Position numbers and translations under genes: made by a program. Of a DNA stretch of 32,525 nucleotides, positions 31,046 to 32,525 are shown one piece after another (position 1 is the stretch's first letter; every line of letters begins with the position of its first letter). The notes under the pieces were generated by a model. The model saw only the letters and a program-made list of their open reading frames with translations, was not told the origin of the DNA and did not search any database. The DNA comes from Acidimicrobiia bacterium (lineage in GTDB: Bacteria > Actinomycetota > Acidimicrobiia > Acidimicrobiales > Ilumatobacteraceae), in the NCBI GenBank assembly GCA_010030605.1, contig RHCK01000001.1, positions 1-32,525 of the forward strand. The letters run 5' to 3'.

Positions 31046-32503
31046 GTGATCGAGCGTCGCCCTTCGAATCGACGACAGGCGTCGAACCCCGTCGCGTTCC
31101 TTCTTTTCGTCGCCGCTTTTCCGACGGTGATTCTCTTCGGCGCATGGCGATTCGCGTCGTCGCAGGATGACAGCGCGCCTCCGGAGCCCGATGTCGTGGC
31201 CGAGTACGCCTCGACACGACCCGCAACGCCGGTGTTGTCTTTCCGTCGCACACCGAGTGTGCTGGCCCGCGAGACGTCATCGACGGCCTTCGAGCAGGAT
31301 CTACGTTCCCTCGGCGGTGCTGTTCTACCGGGATCGTGCGCCGCGGTCAGCGTCGACGGAGTGTTGGCATTGTCGGATGGCATCGACACGGCCGTGACGC
31401 CCGCCAGCACATTGAAGGTGATCGTCGCCGCCGTGGCCTTGCAGGTGCTCGGACCCGACCATGTGTTCACCACCGAGGTGCGAGCGGAGCTCGTGAATGG
31501 TGTGGTCGGCTCGTTGTATCTCGTCGGCGGAGGTGATCCTTTGCTCGCCGCGGCGTGGTATCCCGATGACGCCGCATTGAACAAGTACCCCCAACAACCG
31601 GCGACATCCCTCGAGTCTTTGGCCCAGGCGGTCGTCGATGCGGGTGTGCTGCAAATCGGCGGCAACCTGGTCGGCGACTCGTCGCGATACGACGCCGAGC
31701 TCTACGTGCCGACGTGGCCCATCAACTTCCGCGCCACCCAAGGAGGACCCATCTCCGGGTTGGTGGTGAACGACGGAGCGATGCTGGCCACCCGAACGAA
31801 GACCACGGACCCGGCGGGGGGAGCGGCGCAGGAGTTCCTGCGCTTGTTGCAGGACCGCGGAGTCACGGTGGCGGGTCAACCCACTGGCGGAACGACTCCG
31901 AACGGATTACCGACGATTGCGTCGATCAGCTCCGCCCCGCTGATCGAGATCGTGGGAGAAATGTTGCGCAACAGCGACAACAACACCGCGGAGATGTTGT
32001 TGAAAGAAATCGGTTTCGTCTCGCGTCAAAGCGGCACGCGCGCGGCCGGGATCACGACCGTCATGGAGACACTCTCCACGTGGGGCGTGCCGTTGCAGGG
32101 ATTCAACATGGTCGATGGTTCCGGACTGTCACGGGAGAACAAGGTGTCCTGTACGACGTTCATGGGCCTACTCGGTCGATATGCGCCCGGGGATCCGTTG
32201 GTGTCGGCGATGGCCGTGGCCGGACAATCGGGAACGCTCGAGCCGTACTTCACCGACAGTTCGTTGGCGAATCGATTGGTCGGTAAAACGGGGTCGTTGA
32301 CCGGGGTGAAGGGTTTGGTTGGCTACGTGCCGATCGACGGTGGTTCCGTCATCCGTTTCGCGTTGTTGTTGGAGTCACCCGGCGTCGACGATGACGCGGT
32401 TTTTCGACCCATCTGGCAGGAACTGTTGGGCGGGGCCCTGGCGTCGTATCCGTCGGGGCCGACCGTCGACGAATTGCTGCCGCTGGCCGCAGTTCCACGA
32501 TGA
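31046..32503 (+). CDS. dacB: D-alanyl-D-alanine carboxypeptidase/endopeptidase, PBP4 (peptidase S13) family
   Basis: SxxK (ASTLK), SDN (RNSDNNTAE) and KTG (VGKTGSLTG) motifs. N-terminal TM/signal segment. GTG 31046 lies 6 nt after the upstream stop. Confidence 0.88.
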   Translation: MIERRPSNRRQASNPVAFLLFVAAFPTVILFGAWRFASSQDDSAPPEPDVVAEYASTRPATPVLSFRRTPSVLARETSSTAFEQDLRSLGGAVLPGSCAAVSVDGVLALSDGIDTAVTPASTLKVIVAAVALQVLGPDHVFTTEVRAELVNGVVGSLYLVGGGDPLLAAAWYPDDAALNKYPQQPATSLESLAQAVVDAGVLQIGGNLVGDSSRYDAELYVPTWPINFRATQGGPISGLVVNDGAMLATRTKTTDPAGGAAQEFLRLLQDRGVTVAGQPTGGTTPNGLPTIASISSAPLIEIVGEMLRNSDNNTAEMLLKEIGFVSRQSGTRAAGITTVMETLSTWGVPLQGFNMVDGSGLSRENKVSCTTFMGLLGRYAPGDPLVSAMAVAGQSGTLEPYFTDSSLANRLVGKTGSLTGVKGLVGYVPIDGGSVIRFALLLESPGVDDDAVFRPIWQELLGGALASYPSGPTVDELLPLAAVPR

Positions 32504-32507
32504 GGTG

Positions 32508-32525
32508 ATGCGATGGCCATCGCAT
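32508..32525. repeat. Perfect 18-bp palindrome ATGCGATGGCCATCGCAT at the window edge (possible terminator stem)
   Basis: Read directly, 5 nt after the dacB-like stop. The window ends here, so any T-tract cannot be seen. Confidence 0.5.

Overview
Gene-dense, high-GC (judged by eye) chromosomal segment with an Actinobacteria-like character: lipoprotein solute-binding proteins, LLM-type oxidoreductases, and many genes whose start codon sits 6-7 nt after a TANNNT -10 box. I call about 30 protein-coding genes and one tRNA. In order they are: enoyl-CoA hydratase; a five-gene Opp/Dpp-type peptide ABC operon on the minus strand; a DUF5522-like Cys-rich protein; PPK2; a Gpt-like phosphoribosyltransferase; a CrtI-family flavoprotein; and a creatininase-family protein. 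Next come an NMT1/THI5-type ABC importer (SBP divergent from ATPase and permease); a membrane fatty-acid desaturase with a small TIGR03792-like protein; two LLM oxidoreductases flanking a CodA-like amidohydrolase; a glycerophosphodiesterase; an acyl-CoA synthetase; a SirB1/transglutaminase-like protein; and an acyl-CoA dehydrogenase. The window ends with an ispH operon carrying an SGNH-like lipoprotein and a CopD-like membrane protein; PDZ-radical-SAM(DUF512)-der-zinc-ribbon genes; tRNA-Pro(GGG) with a terminator; an ADP-forming acyl-CoA synthetase-family protein; and a PBP4-type D,D-carboxypeptidase. I see no rRNA, CRISPR array, transposase or integrase, phage genes, recognisable defence genes or transcription factor. 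I did not find a convincing novel multi-gene system. The signals most worth a second look are small and non-genic. (1) An AT-rich dyad-symmetric insert lies between the ABC ATPase and permease genes; its twin palindromes also read as a 31-codon ORF joined to both neighbours by ATGA overlaps. (2) A 14-bp tandem repeat with a palindromic core lies upstream of leaderless PPK2. (3) Divergent leaderless promoters sit back to back in ~33 bp gaps. (4) Convergent genes abut stop-to-stop with no terminator. (5) There are short tandem duplications at two gene ends. All calls come from reading the sequence and translations by eye; no database search was run.
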